DNA of 64,000 nt from Eledone cirrhosa. Its lineage: Eukaryota. Within the stretch, counting starts at the first letter, position 1. Each line of letters opens with the position of its first letter. The notes under the pieces were generated by a model, which was not told where the DNA came from, searched no databases, and saw only the letters and a program-made list of their open reading frames with translations. A program made the position numbers and the translations under genes. The stretch covers positions 354,330,001 to 354,394,000 of the forward strand of contig OZ024742.1 in assembly GCA_964016885.1 (NCBI GenBank), written 5' to 3'. Below, piece after piece: positions 26,684-44,200 of the stretch.

Positions 26684-29077
26684 TAAATGAAATGAATGTG
26701 TTTCTCTTTGTTGAATATAAGTCACCAATTTAGCGGGGAAGTATTTAGAAGTTGGTAAGTTTGTCACGAGGAACCAGGTTTGGTAGAAAGATATGATAGG
26801 AATATCGACCACGACTTTAGCTTGTTTTTACATTATTTATTAACAAATGTTGAGCTGGCATGCCAAGAGAAATTAAACAAACGAATTAAGATTCCAGAAA
26901 GACATGGGCTACTGGCTGAGAGAAGCGTTGCCAGGCCGTGGTTAAATTGTTGTGTTACATATTGGCTAGTGATTTCTCGGCGCAAGAAAAATGGTTGTTT
27001 ACCTTAGCACGGTCGAAGCTGCGAGACATAGCGTCCTCAAATCGTTGCGGGCTATTTCTTCCTCAGAACGCGTAGGGATACATCCTCTTCTCCTAGCGCT
27101 GATTGGCTGAGCTGAGCCAAATCACGCACAGAGAATGTATGTGAGCCCGCGGAATGTAGGTCACTACATCACCTCCGAGCACATTTTTAGCCGAAAATCG
27201 TTAACGATGTAGCCGAAGACCCACAGATTATTGAATCACCAAGAACAAATGCTGAAAGAGCACATCAGTGAAAAAATAATTGATCAGAAAGATGCATGCA
27301 AGAAAAAAAAATGAGGCACGACGGGCCGTGTTGAGCCGCTGTCAAATGACTAGCTGTTTTGTAGTTTATACGTGACCACCAAATGTCTACCAGAAAACAG
27401 ATAAAGTCTGACATGGGCGAAGTTGCTGTTCTTGCATTAAAAGTTAATGGTAAGTATTGTACCAGTAGCTGTGGACGAAGCTATTATGGTAGTTTACCAG
27501 TGCTGGCGAGACAATGATGGCCTCCCAGATGTATTGCCGAATGTGCTAGGGATCCAGGAAAAAATGGCTGGTTGCTTTGATAAGAAAAAAAAGCAAGTTG
27601 AATCTGTAGGTGTGTGTATATATGCAGGCATGTAATACAGCAAGGAAAATGTGTGCGTGCGGTCACATATACAATGATAGAGAGAAATGAATTTTCATAT
27701 AATACAGTTTAAAAAAAATAAATGTTCCAAATAAATGCCTGAAAAAAAAGGAAGAAAGAATTGTTTCTTTTCTTTTAACAAAAAGTTCGCTTCTTTTTTC
27801 TTTGGGAACGCTCTTACTAGGGAGCCAGCAGAGATGTTGCTGCTGCCAAAGCAAAGTCACACTAAATCTTCTGTAGAGTAGAAGTCGAGCGTTGAAGAAC
27901 CTATAGTCACCAGCATGGCAGCCACGTCTGACGCCATAATGGTGACAAAACTAATGTCTTAATTTCTCGATTCCTTGTGGTAACGAGACAGAAGGTATGG
28001 TGGTTGCGTCGGTAAAGTTACAAGCCGTTTCCTGGTGTTGGTTAATAGTTAGCCATGTGTTGCTGCTGATGGGTGGTACTTGGTGGTAGCCGTTTTGAAA
28101 TATCCTCGTGGCGTAAAGTTTTTTAAATACTGCTAATTTTTTTTCTAAAAATATTCTAAAGACAATTTGAAAATATTCTAAAAAAAAAAAATATTTTCCA
28201 TGATGGCCGATCGAAAAATGTGTCCGTGATGAAAAAGCCGTCATGTGGCACGATGCAGCCAATCAGATGGCTGGGATTGAAAAAGACAAGCTGAACGCGG
28301 GAAAACAAAATTTCTGAGTCTCCATTTGTAATTTCAACAGAACGCCGAACGCAAAATTCCACATCCAGAGAAATCCTTTTTCTTTGAATTAATTTTTTTT
28401 TTGTGTCGTATTTTTGTGTTTGTCTGTATGCGTGCTTCAACAAATGGAATATTATGAATTTTATGGACTTACGCTAAGTGAGTCTAGCTACCCGATTCGA
28501 ACATTCCAAATGTTAAGCCATTCCACATTGCCGTTAAAACGAATGGCGAATTCAAATAGGCTGTGTTTTTCTTCTTAATCGTCGAGGGCGCCAATAAAGG
28601 AAAATAATGTTTCTCTTTGTTGAATATAAGTCACCAATTTAACGGAGAAGTATTTAGAAGTTGGTAAGGTTACCACGAGGAACCAGGTTTAGTAGAAAGA
28701 TATGATAGGAATATCGACCACGACTTTAGCTTGTTTTTACATTATTTATTAACAAAGGTTGAGCTGGCATGCCAAGAGAAATTAAATAAACGAATTTAGA
28801 TTCCAGAAAGACACGGGCTACTGGCTGAGAGAAGCGTTACCAGGCCGTGGTTAAATTGTTGTGTTACATATTGGCTAGTGATTTCACGGCGCAAGAAAAA
28901 TGGTTGTTTACCTTAGCACGGTCGAAGTTGCGAGACATAGCGTCCTCAACTCTTTGCGGCCTACTTCTCCCTTAGAACGCGTAGGGATACATCCTCTTCT
29001 CCTGGCGCTGATTGGCTGAGCTGAGCCAAATCACGCACAGAGAATGTATATGAGCCCGCGGAATGTAGGTCACTACA
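26684..29077 (-). mobile_element. non-autonomous LTR retroelement (LTRs ~26684-27168 and ~28595-29077)
   Basis: ~480-bp direct repeats; minus strand starts TGTAGTG; PBS-like TGGCGCC at 28587-28593; purine-rich GGAGGTGA before the 3' LTR; TATG on both flanks; no intact ORF. Confidence 0.75.
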
Positions 29078-29329
29078 TATGTATTGTAAGTTTCCTTATC
29101 TGAAAGCGTGTGTTGAAACATTGTTTCAACAATATATGAACAATTAAATTTAAATCAAACTTTAATCCCAAACAGAGGAAATTGAAACATTATCCACTTA
29201 ATGTTTCTTTAACCTTTATTAACTGACTATTGGACAGAAAAAATGAAGAGCCGCAAAAAATAAAACAAAGATTACGAGATAACTTACTTTTGCATTGTTT
29301 AGCCATCCAACTCTTACAAAGTTATATAT

Positions 29330-29572
29330 ATTGTTATACTTTGGGATGAGCATGCTGCTAAGAACAAACGAGCGACACAAAAGAACAAACTAGTCACTGA
29401 GGATGCCACATAATGTGTGACGAAAGAGCTTTGACAATATATAAATAAACATCCGGTTATCGAATCAAGCGAACAATCGATCCAAAATTCGTAATAAATT
29501 GAAGTGAAAACCGACAGGTGCCGGTCTCTTTATTGCCGGTCTCTTTATTGACCCTTCCAAAGTTTAACAATA
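29330..29572 (+). mobile_element. ~240-bp mini element with inverted termini and HHR
   Basis: Ends ttgttatactttggga / tccaaagtttaacaa; termini match the 15800-16706 PLE family. Confidence 0.7.
29393..29435 (+). ncRNA. hammerhead ribozyme
   Basis: GUCA-CUGAGGA-(CACA UAA UGUG stem II)-GAAA-GAGC-UU/UGAC. Confidence 0.7.
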
Positions 29573-29904
29573 TATCTATATACTACCAAAATTATATGAG
29601 GGCTTACTTGCGTGTCTGTAATGTAGTTCAACCAAAAGTGTGCATAACAGAGAAATACATTGAAGGGAAGTTGATACAAATGGAATAAAACAAGTTTCGC
29701 CTAAATCGGAGCATGTGTTCCCGAAATATGGGGTTTTCCGTGTTCCTTCCTAAACAGAGAGAGAGAGAAATATAGAGTTGATTGAAAGAGAGACATAGAG
29801 AGAAGGAAAATGTAAGAGAGAGCTGGTGGTAGTGTTGTGTATATATACATATATATATTAATGTGTGTGTGTCTATGGCCAGTGTATATAGATCAGGGAC
29901 ACCC

Positions 29905-29936
<32 letters not shown>

Positions 29937-31029
29937 ATGTGTGTGTGTGGGTGTATGTGTGTGTGGGTGTACATATATATACAGATACAAACACACACTT
30001 ATACATATGGGCCTTCCAGGTTCATTTCACATTATATACATGTCTGTATATTAGTAATTTAGGAATGTCTATGAAGTGAACATGATATTTTGAACATGAC
30101 ACAACGGGTCACGGGTGGTCTCGTATATAAACAAAATTGTAATATGTGATTTGAGGAAAAATTAAATGACATTTCTAAATCATATTTTATATTAATATAT
30201 CATTATTTTAGTTAAATTAATTACCTCATAAAGTACTGCAAGCATCTGAATGGTGTTGTACGGCAGCAAGATGTCGTGGCTGGCATTGTCAGTCTTACTA
30301 GAAGATAAATTGTCTGTTAGAGTTTAGTATGATGTACGTTTGACATACATCTTGGATTTCTTTCTGCGCGTGTAAAATACATTCGAGATTTGATTCATGA
30401 TTTTCATGTGGCAGATATGGGAGGCTTCCTCGATTTTGTGGCAATTCGTATCACTTTGGCTCTCAAAGATAACGTTAATATCTAGTGTGTGTGTGTGTGG
30501 GGGGGGGGGGTGATGAAATGTCAGCATGGGAAGCTGATTGTTTCTGGGAGGCGTATTACGTTTTGCACAATGATATTTAATAATGCTATTAATTTGTTTG
30601 TAAGTTTCCTTTTGCATTCCGATATGTTCATAGTTTCGCCCGATTCTTTACCCGGAGTTGTTTCTCGATCTAGTTGGTGTATAACCACCTCACCCAACTC
30701 ACTCGTATTCCTCTGCGTTGCAATATCTGTATGTTGAATGATTTCCCTGGATTAGCTGTAATGAAACTAGGCTACATGTAAGTGGGAGTATATGTGTGCA
30801 TTGGGTTATACAAATTAGTCGCTTAGGCCTCGACACAATACACATTAAGAGTAATTAATAATAATTTAATTATTTTTTGTTCTGTTCGAAATTCATATAC
30901 TCTTCCAAACATATCGGAAATCCTCCTCAAAATTGTTTAGTTCGGATAATTCAAATTGATGTAAAAAAACAATTTCCACATTAAAAAGTAATATTGACAA
31001 TGAAATCACCCAGATGACATGTGACCACC

Positions 31030-31205
31030 AAATTGACAGTATCTGTAGAGGGTTGGGCGCCATGCTTTCTAGCATAATTACATTTCATTACGGTCTGAGT
31101 TCAAATCCCGTCGAGGAAAACTTTGACTTTGATCCTTACGTGGTCGATAAAAATAAGTACAACCAATCTTCTGGGTAATTGCTGGCCTTGTGACAAAAGT
31201 AAAAA
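31030..31205 (+). mobile_element. degenerate SINE
   Basis: B box GAGTTCAAATCCC and core similar to 7898-8082. Confidence 0.7.
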
Positions 31206-31483
31206 AAACAATTATATTTAAAATGTTTCCATAGCAGAAGAACCTACTTTTGCTCGAACTTTATCTCATTCATTTTCATGTACATATCAGCGACATTGAA
31301 ATGGGAATGGAAGGCAACAAACGTGAATACATGAATTACTCTCATTGTAAATAATTGTACTTTAATCTACGATGCACAAGCTTGATTGGTCTACAATATA
31401 TTTATATATGTACAAAAGGTTATACAAATACGTGACTGAAATTGCTAAAATCGAAAAAAAACACCCACGTACCATATATATAT

Positions 31484-31910
31484 ATATTATCAAGACAACG
31501 AAAAATCAGTGATGCATCTGGACTTAGTTTATTTCGTGTTACAAATGTGTCGCCGGCATGTAGTTCGAGTCATGGTCTTTGTATGGATCTGGCTGATTCT
31601 ACATCTGTGGGTTCTTTCAGACACGGCTGTTATGTCCGGAGCAAATTTTATCACATAACATGTGATAACATTTGATAAAATTTACTCCGGATATAACAGC
31701 CGTGTCTGAAAGAACCCGCAGAAGTAGAATCAGCCAGATCCATACAAGGACCATGTCTCGAACTACATGCCGGCGAAACATTTGTAACACGAAATAAACT
31801 AAGTCCAGATGCATCACTGATTTTTCGTTTTATTGATAATATCTACACTCTACTCGAGTGCTAATTTTGGCATACATACCGCCTACGGCTGCACCATAGC
31901 TAACACCATA

Positions 31911-31915
<5 letters not shown>
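31484..31915. mobile_element. foldback element (~175-bp arms) in (TA)n
   Basis: Inverted arms centred at ~31662. Confidence 0.85.
31701..31791 (+). ncRNA. hammerhead variant (CUGAAAGA core, ~60-nt stem II)
   Basis: CGUGU-CUGAAAGA-ACCCGCA..GUAG..CUAC.UGCCGGC-GAAA-CAUUUG-UA/ACACG. The minus copy 31535-31625 has GACA. Confidence 0.65.
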
Positions 31916-31942
<27 letters not shown>

Positions 31943-32088
31943 AGTAGAAGGGGTATTTAAATTGTTGGAAGTCCGACAGATATAAATGTGTATAACTGAT
32001 TTAGAGCACTCAACAGTAACGGAGTAAATATTCAATGATATTAATTAAATGGAAACTATATTTGTAAAACCATATTGATTGTATTATA

Positions 32089-32953
32089 TACTAGCAGTGG
32101 TAGCCGGCGTTGCACGGGATAAGGTATTTTGGAACGCGGTACGCCAATAGACCTAATCGTGGAGAAACTACATGCCTAAACAATATGTATATAAAATAAA
32201 CGTAATCCTTTGATGGCTGGATAATCTTTAAGATTTTCATCGATGAAGCAGGAAAAATGCAGATTTTCACCTAATGTTGGCCCTAGGAGATCAAGAAAAT
32301 GAATTTTTTTAATGTGCATAATATGCCTTGAAATTTCAGGAAACATCGGCTCGACGTAACGCCTCCAAAAAGCCCTAAAAAGCTGAAAAAATGAAGTTTT
32401 TACCCTAATGCCATAAAAAGTTGGATTTTCTTTGCTTATGGTATGAAGAAGAGACTGACTAATACATAGTTACAAATTCAAGGAAATCGGTCTGACATAA
32501 CGCCTCAAAAAACTCCTAAAAATGTTAAACAACGCAGTTTTTCACCAACGAGATAAAAAAATTTGAATATTTTTATGTGCATAACACTCCCTGAAACATA
32601 AGTAATACACATGTATAGTTTGAAGAAAATCGGTTGGGTACTTCTCGAATTTTAGGGATTCAAACTCACACACACACACACACACATACACACATAGAGA
32701 TATTATAATGGCGCGACGTTATATGTATGTATCTATCTAAAAAGAGAAAGACTAAGAATTATAGAGAGATCGCTTAATCGCCTAATGTGGTCCCTAGGGC
32801 ATAGAAGATCTGAAATGTTCTTTGCTCAGAACACTCCCTGACACATAAGTATTACATGTGTATAGTTTGAAAACAGTCGGTTGGGTGGTTCTCTAGTTTT
32901 AGGGATGCGAACGCACACACACACAGACAGACATCCTCAGTTTTATATATATA
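32089..32953 (+). mobile_element. non-autonomous Helitron/Helentron-like element
   Basis: 5' ACTAGCAGTGGTAGCCGGCGTTGCACGGG, internal repeated AAATCGG modules, (CA)n/ACAGAC and a TTTTATATATATAG end, resembling DINE-1/Lep1-type elements. Confidence 0.5.
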
Positions 32954-33382
32954 GGTATGTCAAGTGTACCAAGATAACATCGGCTAAAACGAATATAGGT
33001 TAACCACCTAATAGAATATTAGTCTACGACTTCTTTTATACCATAAACGTGGTTTTGTCTTTGCGTGTAATTGTTTTTCACTGCTCCAAATAATGACGTA
33101 TTATTTTTGTTTTTCCCGTTCTTTGCCGGGGAACGTTTCCACGAACCAAAGTATGGTCTTCCTCTCTTCCTCCGATTGCAACGTTTTTTGAAATATTCAC
33201 TTCTGGGTTCACAGATTGACTTTGTTAATTTCAGAAGATCCCGTTGTGTGTGGAGTAGCGATTCGTTGCTTAAACTTTAATCAGATTTTTAATAAATATT
33301 TGCCCTACGGTTCTTATATTTTTTATATATATTTATCCTTATCGAGCCCTCTTTGGATTTTAGTCTTCAAATTTATTATTAT

Positions 33383-33468
<86 letters not shown>

Positions 33469-34613
33469 CATATATAAATATATGTATGTATATATTTATG
33501 TAGCCACATCCAAACTCGAATAATCTCGGCTATACACCCAACTACAGAGGAATAACTTTGTCCTCCATTGCAGCCAAATTGGCAAATCGAATGCTCCTCA
33601 GATGAATTCGACCGAAAATCAATCAACAACTACGTCCAAACTAGAATTTATTCGACCAGTAAGGTAGACTATTCACTGAAACACGTGTAGTGATTCAATG
33701 CAAACTCCAAGTTGACTGAGGGCAGTACAATGAAAAACGGGTTTGGTTACATGTCATTGGTTGTTGTAATTTTGCCATGAATTATATATTATATTAGATT
33801 ACATGAATATGGTTTGAAATGTATATACATGACCTGTAGGTTTGGAAACTTTTAGCACAGAAGTTGAAGAAAATTTAGAAATTTGATTAACTTGAGTAAG
33901 GCTATTTATTTAGGAAACAAACTATAAGAATATGTTTCAAAACATTCACCATCATATTTACAGTATTGTGCATTAATTTCTCTTTGAATATTTCCAATTA
34001 AAGTAAAAATGAAACAAAAACAAAATACTGCCAAACAAACATATATTTTCTCCACTATAAAAATAGTGAGAACGTAAATTTCAGTAGATGTTTGCAGGTG
34101 GAATGAGGTGTGAATTTTAATTAGGTTAGGGATAATTAGTGAACGTTCTCAAAGTTTGTTTAAAAAAAGCTCTCTTCAAAATTGTTAAATTCATTGTAAA
34201 TTCACATAAAATAACAACAAAAACTAGATAATAAAGAAATAATGCAATTAAACTTTGCAGGTGTGTTTATCACCATCATTGGTAAGATTTTATAATTAAA
34301 ATTGTAAAACCATTTACAATTATCTTTTAAAGATATTAGATTCTTTATTACTTGGAACATTTTATTTTAAGTAATTCATAAATACTATCAATTTATTCAC
34401 TTGAAAACAATTTTTGCGGAAGGAAACAAATATTATTGAAAGTTAATATACTTATTTTATATGGGTTCATTTATCTATTCCTATATCTCGTTACGTGATA
34501 CGTAATACATTGCCATAATGTAAACGAAACGATTGTGGAAATTTAATAAACAAATAAACACGGTGAGATATAAAGATAAAAATATGTATATATATATATA
34601 TACACACACAAAC

Positions 34614-34644
<31 letters not shown>

Positions 34645-34647
34645 GAG

Positions 34648-34691
<44 letters not shown>

Positions 34692-34809
34692 ACACACTCA
34701 CATGCACACACACACACACACATACACACACACATACAAACACACACACACGCGGATATTCTTATATATATATATGTAGATGTTATATTTAATTTGTTGG
34801 GATACAACA

Positions 34810-37504
<2,695 letters not shown>

Positions 37505-37506
<2 letters not shown>

Positions 37507-37775
37507 AAAATGACGTAGATATTACAATACAATACAATAGTACCACTGATGATGTTGCAGATGTGAAACGAAAGAACTTTGATAGACTATATATATATAT
37601 ATGTATATTTATATCTGTATTTTTAACCGTTGGTCAGTCAATGATAAACGTTGATTGCCAAATACATTAACTATGGAGATATAAAAGATACAGAAGCGCA
37701 AACCAACCAAACAATGAGTGTGTTCTGTTATTATTTCTGGGAATATTATTACAACAATATGACCCTCCCCAAGTA
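37505..37775 (+). mobile_element. PLE 3' UTR fragment with HHR (37537-37590)
   Basis: Homologous to 16420-16706; CUGAUGA..GAAA-GAAC-UU/UGAUAGACUAU. Confidence 0.75.
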
Positions 37776-37801
37776 TATATTTGTAAGTATGCACACACAC
37801 A

Positions 37802-37840
<39 letters not shown>

Positions 37841-37882
37841 ACCCACACACATACATACCCACACACACACACACATACATAC

Positions 37883-37913
<31 letters not shown>

Positions 37914-38556
37914 TGCATATATACATACATGCGTATGGGCGTATGTTTTCATCTATGCACTTACGGGCAAAATAAATGCTTATTTTGCTATTAAGCTTTC
38001 GTAGTTATATATATTAAAATACTGATACGATAAATTTGTGAATTCAGAATATTTCGTTTCCTATCTTTAGCCTTTTCTGGCACACTACTATATCATTTCC
38101 GTTCCAGAAGTCTGGTCATTATTATAATCAATACAACAGCTCTACTTATATTCCCTCATACATAGACTTTAAAAAGCCATCTCTCTTAAATAATGCTCAA
38201 TAATAATCTGGAGATCTCCACATTAGTTTGCTGCCTATCTGAAATTAGGAAACTAAATCTACTAAAAGAGGCAACATGGATAGCTTTCTATATCTCTAAT
38301 GCATTGTATATCTTTTCTAGTGGAGCAGTTTAAAATGAAACTTGGATTAGTCAATCTTCATTTAAGAAAGTCATGTATGACATTTTATACCACTTCTTTT
38401 CGTTTTTTGGAACTACTCCAAACATAATGTTGTCCATGATAAATCAGGAGAGTCAAATGATAAGTTATGTTACCGAAAACATATTTCTATAATAAAGGAT
38501 GTGGATGTCTCAGAATTCCAAAATAAGCTGTTCATTTCCTCTAAAGGACTGAAATG

Positions 38557-38609
<53 letters not shown>

Positions 38610-39379
38610 GCGGCGAAGAATAGCGATAACTTTGTTCAAAAGGTGAGCGTTAACATTCGTTAATAAATTGATATTACATCAGCAAAATATATACAAATCT
38701 AACAGTTGCATATGTTAGCGCACTGGATGGGTAGCCTCACAATAACTGTTCCTCGTTTGTAACTTTGAATTCAAATTCTTCCAATATTATCTTTCGTTTT
38801 CATTCTTCTGACCTACATGCATGAAATAACACACTATTGCTTCCGAATTTTAGCATACACACTTTAAACGTAATTACCTATTTCAAACGTCTAGGCATTT
38901 CGTACAAATTTGAATAAGTATATCTGCAAGAGTTCACATTATGTATGACATATTGAGCTATGGTAATGGATCATCTTGCTGTGTAACGTTGTCAGAAATT
39001 TGGTATGATGGCATTATTTAACGTACCTTCCTGTTTATGGGAATAATTACACATGTTTTCACTTCCTTCGCTCCGCATCGGTCCAACACAAGATTTAGAT
39101 TGATATGGCAAGCACTATCTGAATTACAGAAGTAATTTGTACTAATATGTTACACTTTACCTGGGCTCTTACTGGTCGAAACCGAACAAGTTAACAAAGT
39201 TATACGTATACACCCACACACCCACACACGCACGCACACACATACACACACACATACACACATACACACACACACACACACACGCACAAGCGCACCCACT
39301 CACATATATGCATAATATGAAATATAGTTTTTAAAAGCTGTAAATCTCATTCCAATATATATGTATATATATATATATA

Positions 39380-39910
39380 TTTACCTTAACTGCGATTCTG
39401 TTTTTTTCTCTCTCTCTCTCTCTTATTGCTCCCTCGTTCTCTCTGTTTCTCTTACTTTCTTTCGTCCCCTCTGTCATGTCAGTTAACACTTTATCTCTAC
39501 TGACCTCTTCCTCAAACTTCTACTCACTCACTCACTGTTTCTCCCCTTCTCACTTCAGCCCGTTCACGATGTTAACGATTTTCCTTCTTTCTTACATTGG
39601 ATTCATCTCGAAAGGTTTATTTTCTACTCGCTCATATATTCACCCAGCTTATACTGATAGAATAACTATGTAGCTTGTGGCTTTCCTATCTTTGGTTAGC
39701 TTTCCTCTGTGTTGTTTACTTGTCTCACTCGCATTACGCGTTTTAATTGTCCTAATAACTTATTTTAGTTATTATTGCGCCAACGTGAGGTATATGATTT
39801 TTAATGCAATGAAATACCTGTGACCGTTGGTAAATCACTGATGAGGGACTCATTTTATAACATGTTATCCATGTGCAACCATGCAGTATTCTTCTCTCCA
39901 TTTGTTCACA
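39380..39910 (+). repeat. single inverted homolog of the 526-bp unit
   Basis: Shares ttttagttattattgc..tgaggtatatgatttttaatgc..cactgatgaggga..tgcaaccatgcagtattctt. Confidence 0.7.
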
Positions 39911-39959
39911 TATATATATATACATATGTAGAGAGAGAGAGATAAAAAAAGAGAGAGAT

Positions 39960-41162
39960 AGTGGTGAGACTTGGTGATACAACAACTTAGCAAAACATAC
40001 TCGAGACGAAGCGTGTTTCAACTAGAGTATTCGCGTGTTTTGAGAGGAGTAATCGTGTTACTCTGGCATGACAGAGTCGCTAGCCCCCTAAGTAAGACAT
40101 TTGCCCCTCGCGGTGCGCACACCTGTGAGATGACCGAAAAGATGTGTCCTTTGATGCATACAATTACTCAGAATCTCGAACCCGGAGGTGATCATCCGCC
40201 CGCGTAACTTTAGGATCTCCCTGCTCTCAGAGATAAAGAGCCCGCAATCCTGACTGCCCAGCCCCGGGTGGCCGTAAAACGGAGAATTTTCAACCTCAAT
40301 TTGAAGTTCTGGATCTTGTCCTTGAGCGTTCAAACGACCTCGGCAAGATTAGTGATGGACCTCTTACAACTGTGCCTGAAGGAGCACATGTGGTTGTGGA
40401 ATCGGGATGTGAACTCAATAATTGTGGAATGCACATACATCAATTACTCTCTTTGGTAGAGTACGTACAGCTGTAGACCACACCTGAGGCTCTGCAATGA
40501 ATGTTAGGGAGCAGTCACGGGGTGATCTGCAGTTGCAGGTCGTCAGAGATCTACCAGGGAAGCCGCAGGGTGCGGTGTCAATGCGAGGGAGGGGATATTG
40601 CAATAGGGCTTCAGATTATTTACGATGGATGGAACGGTGTCCATACATCTACTGGGGAGTTCTGACCCGTCGGCTACCCTCACAGAAGGATAAATATTGA
40701 GGTACTCCCGTAGATTTTTGCGGGTGAGGGATGCAATGACCTCTTCAAAGTTGAACACGGTGGAGAAGGAGATATTCACTGTGTGCCGGTTCAAAAGCTT
40801 ATGGTTACTATGCGAGGGTGAACAAATTTATCCAGGTCCCGGAAGAAGAATCCTGGTAGTTTGTTCTAAGGCACCTGGATTAGGTTGAAATATACCATGT
40901 TATATTTCTACTGCATGACCAGCGAAGATTCCGTTGACTCCAGAATCCATTCATGTATGCGTGGGTCCCCAAATTGTGCAGATTCCCTTGAGTCGGTACC
41001 GTGGTGTGCAGGTGATGCGCCCTTTGCATGACGATGTGCTGGGGTGCCGGGTAGGGGGTTTGCGCCCGCAGGGCGTTGTCGCTCACAGACATGACATTGC
41101 GGAAAAGGATGCCATGCAAACCTGGCACAGGGCGATGCCAGGTATCCGTGTGTGCGTTACAA

Positions 41163-41165
<3 letters not shown>
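39960..41165 (-). mobile_element. possible decayed retroelement ORF1 relic
   Basis: GC-richer block with a broken Cys knuckle-like CNCRSPRDC after FPG; no intact ORF. Confidence 0.25.
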
Positions 41166-41214
<49 letters not shown>

Positions 41215-41216
<2 letters not shown>

Positions 41217-44200
41217 GATAAATCTACCAAAATATACGGTAGTGTCCAATCCGTATGAAGAACTCAATGTAATCCAAATATCATGAAAACAGAATATAAT
41301 AGGTCTGTTTGGGAACAGGTTTTGAATTGACCAATAGAAAAGTAGCAAGTGGTGAAGGTGATAGAATAGTAGTAGTAGAAATTTAATTTAGGGGTAGAGG
41401 AATGCAGACTTCAGTTTTGAATGGAAATAGTATTTTGATTGAAAAGATTACTTTGGGGATGAAAATAGGTCAAGCTGGTGAAAGGTACACGAACATTTGA
41501 TGTTATTAAAGAATAATGGTAATGTTAAAATCTAAGGAGAATAAAATTTTACTATAAATGTGTTAGTGAAATATATCAATCTTATTTAAAACATAAGGAA
41601 TATAGATCTATAAAAAGAAATTAAATTAATTTAATTGATAGGTATATTTTTAGGGATACATTTATATTAATTCATATAGATATGATAAATAAGACAGAGA
41701 TGTTATTAAAGAATGTTGTTAAAAACGAAGGAAACAAATGAGGGGGGGGGGGGGTAAATGTATTAGTGAAATATAACAAATTTATATAGATTATAAGGAA
41801 TTTAGATTCATAACAGGAAATTAAAATAGTTTATATGCATACTTATTGGTATAAGTTTTAGAAAAAGATAGCTGTAAAAGGGAAATAAAATTATGCAGTT
41901 CTTAGTAGTAGAATATTAATTATAGGTTAACTAATTTAAAAAATTAATTATAATAATTTGTAAAATATAAGTGTATATTAATTAGGTTTATAATATTTGA
42001 AAGTTTTTCTAATTCTCTGATTGCATGATATAATTAATTATTGTCGCTTATTTAATAGGATATCCTTAGATTTCATTATTTCAAAAAAGTTCCTGGGAAC
42101 ATAATCTACATTCATATCTATTATTTTGATAATTGGTGGCCCTTTTGAGCACACTCCTTGTCAAGTTATAATCGATATTCTTTTTTCTATAATTATTAAT
42201 TACTTCAGCTAAGGATGTTGTATTAGCTAATGCGGCATTTTTAAAACTGTGCTTGTGGGTATTAAATCTTACTTTAAATTGGTTAGAAGTAGCTCCTATA
42301 TATGAATAAGTTGAGTCCTTAGTGCTCATTTTACATTTATATACTTTGTTATTAATAAGGCAATTTCCTTTTAATGGGCAATTTGCTTTGTTTCTACAGT
42401 TACAACCTTTCGTGAATGTTATATCAGGCGAGTTAGTCAAATTAGGTGTGGAATTTTCTCGACTTGTTTTATGTGAATGAGATGGTGGTTTGCTGTGGTT
42501 TATTTTAGTATTATGGTTAGTTTGATGGGTTGGTGGTATATTCATGTTTTTTTTACATTTATATGCATTGTAGGCACTTATATTTTGTTGTATATTTTTG
42601 GTTGTTGAGTAAGAGAATTTGACCGTTGATCTATTTAAAATTTGATGGTATTTATGGTTTGGCGGGAAGTTTTTCTCTAGGATAGAAAAACATTGTTTAG
42701 GTATATTATCTTTAATTTGTAGATTAAATGGAGCATTATACCAAGTAACTCGTCTATAACGGTTTCGATGTTGTTTTTTATTAATATCCGATGCATCCTG
42801 ATGTTTACTAAGAGAATTAGTATTTTATTACACATATTTTTAGTTAGATTCACTGATTTAGGTGTTTTAGCCTGATTATTAGGAATTTTGTTAGTAATGT
42901 TATTAACATATATCGGAATATTAGGATGAATGGTTTTTTGAATGTTATTATATTGTATATTAAAAGAGGTAGATAAATTAAGTTTTTAAGTTGGTATTTT
43001 GGGGTATAGTGTGAGTGGAATTTAGGTGTGTATATTTCATTTGTTGTTTGTTGGGAATATTGGGTTGTATGTTTGTAGTACTATTGGTACAAGGTATATA
43101 TACTAATTTGTTTTTGTGGCCGCTTCTAGCTAAAGCTTCGTTATAAACGGTCGCATTTTTATCGAATACATCCTGGTTAGATGAAAGGTTAGACATTCTG
43201 AGTGATATATTATATGCTAGATTTTTAGGATAGATTTAGGGTGATTAGATTTCGAGTGTATGTAATGTAAGTTTTGGTTAGGTTTATGGTAAGCTTGGTA
43301 GATACCCGTAGATAAGTCTAAATTTATATCTAGGAAATTAACTACTTTAATTGTGTTTTCAAATCTAATAGTGAGACTACAATAGTCTTTGAGGAAAGTT
43401 CTAATAATTTTTTTTTTTTTTTCAATTTCTGATAGGCTAAGGTTAGTGGAAAGAAGAAGACAGTCATCACGATATAAACCACATTTAAGGTGGGGAAAAG
43501 AAGCATTTATGTTAAATAGAAGAAATATGCCCACAAGATCGGTAATTTGGGCAGAATTGCTAGAGCCCATAGTAATATCGAATAGATTACTATATGTATT
43601 TCTGGTCCAGTATTCCTTCTGAAATTCCAGTAGTGTTTGTCTAGCGTGCGTGATAATATTAATGTCATCCATAGTTAAGTGTAATCTATTTTTGGCAAAT
43701 ATCAAGACTTTGTTCATGAGTATGGGTGATATAGATGGATAATAAGCATCTATATCGAATCGTAGAAATGAAGCAGATGAGTTATTTGTAATTGCCTAAT
43801 AGATATGAATGTAGATTATGTTCCCAGGAACTTTTTGAAATAATGAAATCTAAAGATATCCTATTAAATAAGCAACAAGACTTAATTATATCATGCAATC
43901 ATAGAATTAGAAAAACTTTCAAATATTATAAACCTAATTAATATACACTTATATTTTACAAATTATTATAATTAATTTTTTTAAAATTAGTTAATCTATA
44001 ATTAATATTCTACTACTAAGAACTGCATGATTTTATTTCCCTTTTACAGCTATCTTTTCCTAAAACTTATACCAATAAGTTTACATGTAAACTATTTTAA
44101 TTTGCTGTTATGAATCTAAATTCCTTATAATCTATATAAATTTGTTATTTCTCACTAATACATCCCCACCCCCCATTTTTTTTCCTTCGTTTCTAAAAAC

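Noticed and set aside
33590-33700. GAAA-CACGUG-UA palindromic stem III-like motif
   Set aside because: No convincing CUGANGA core or stems upstream; at most a relic.
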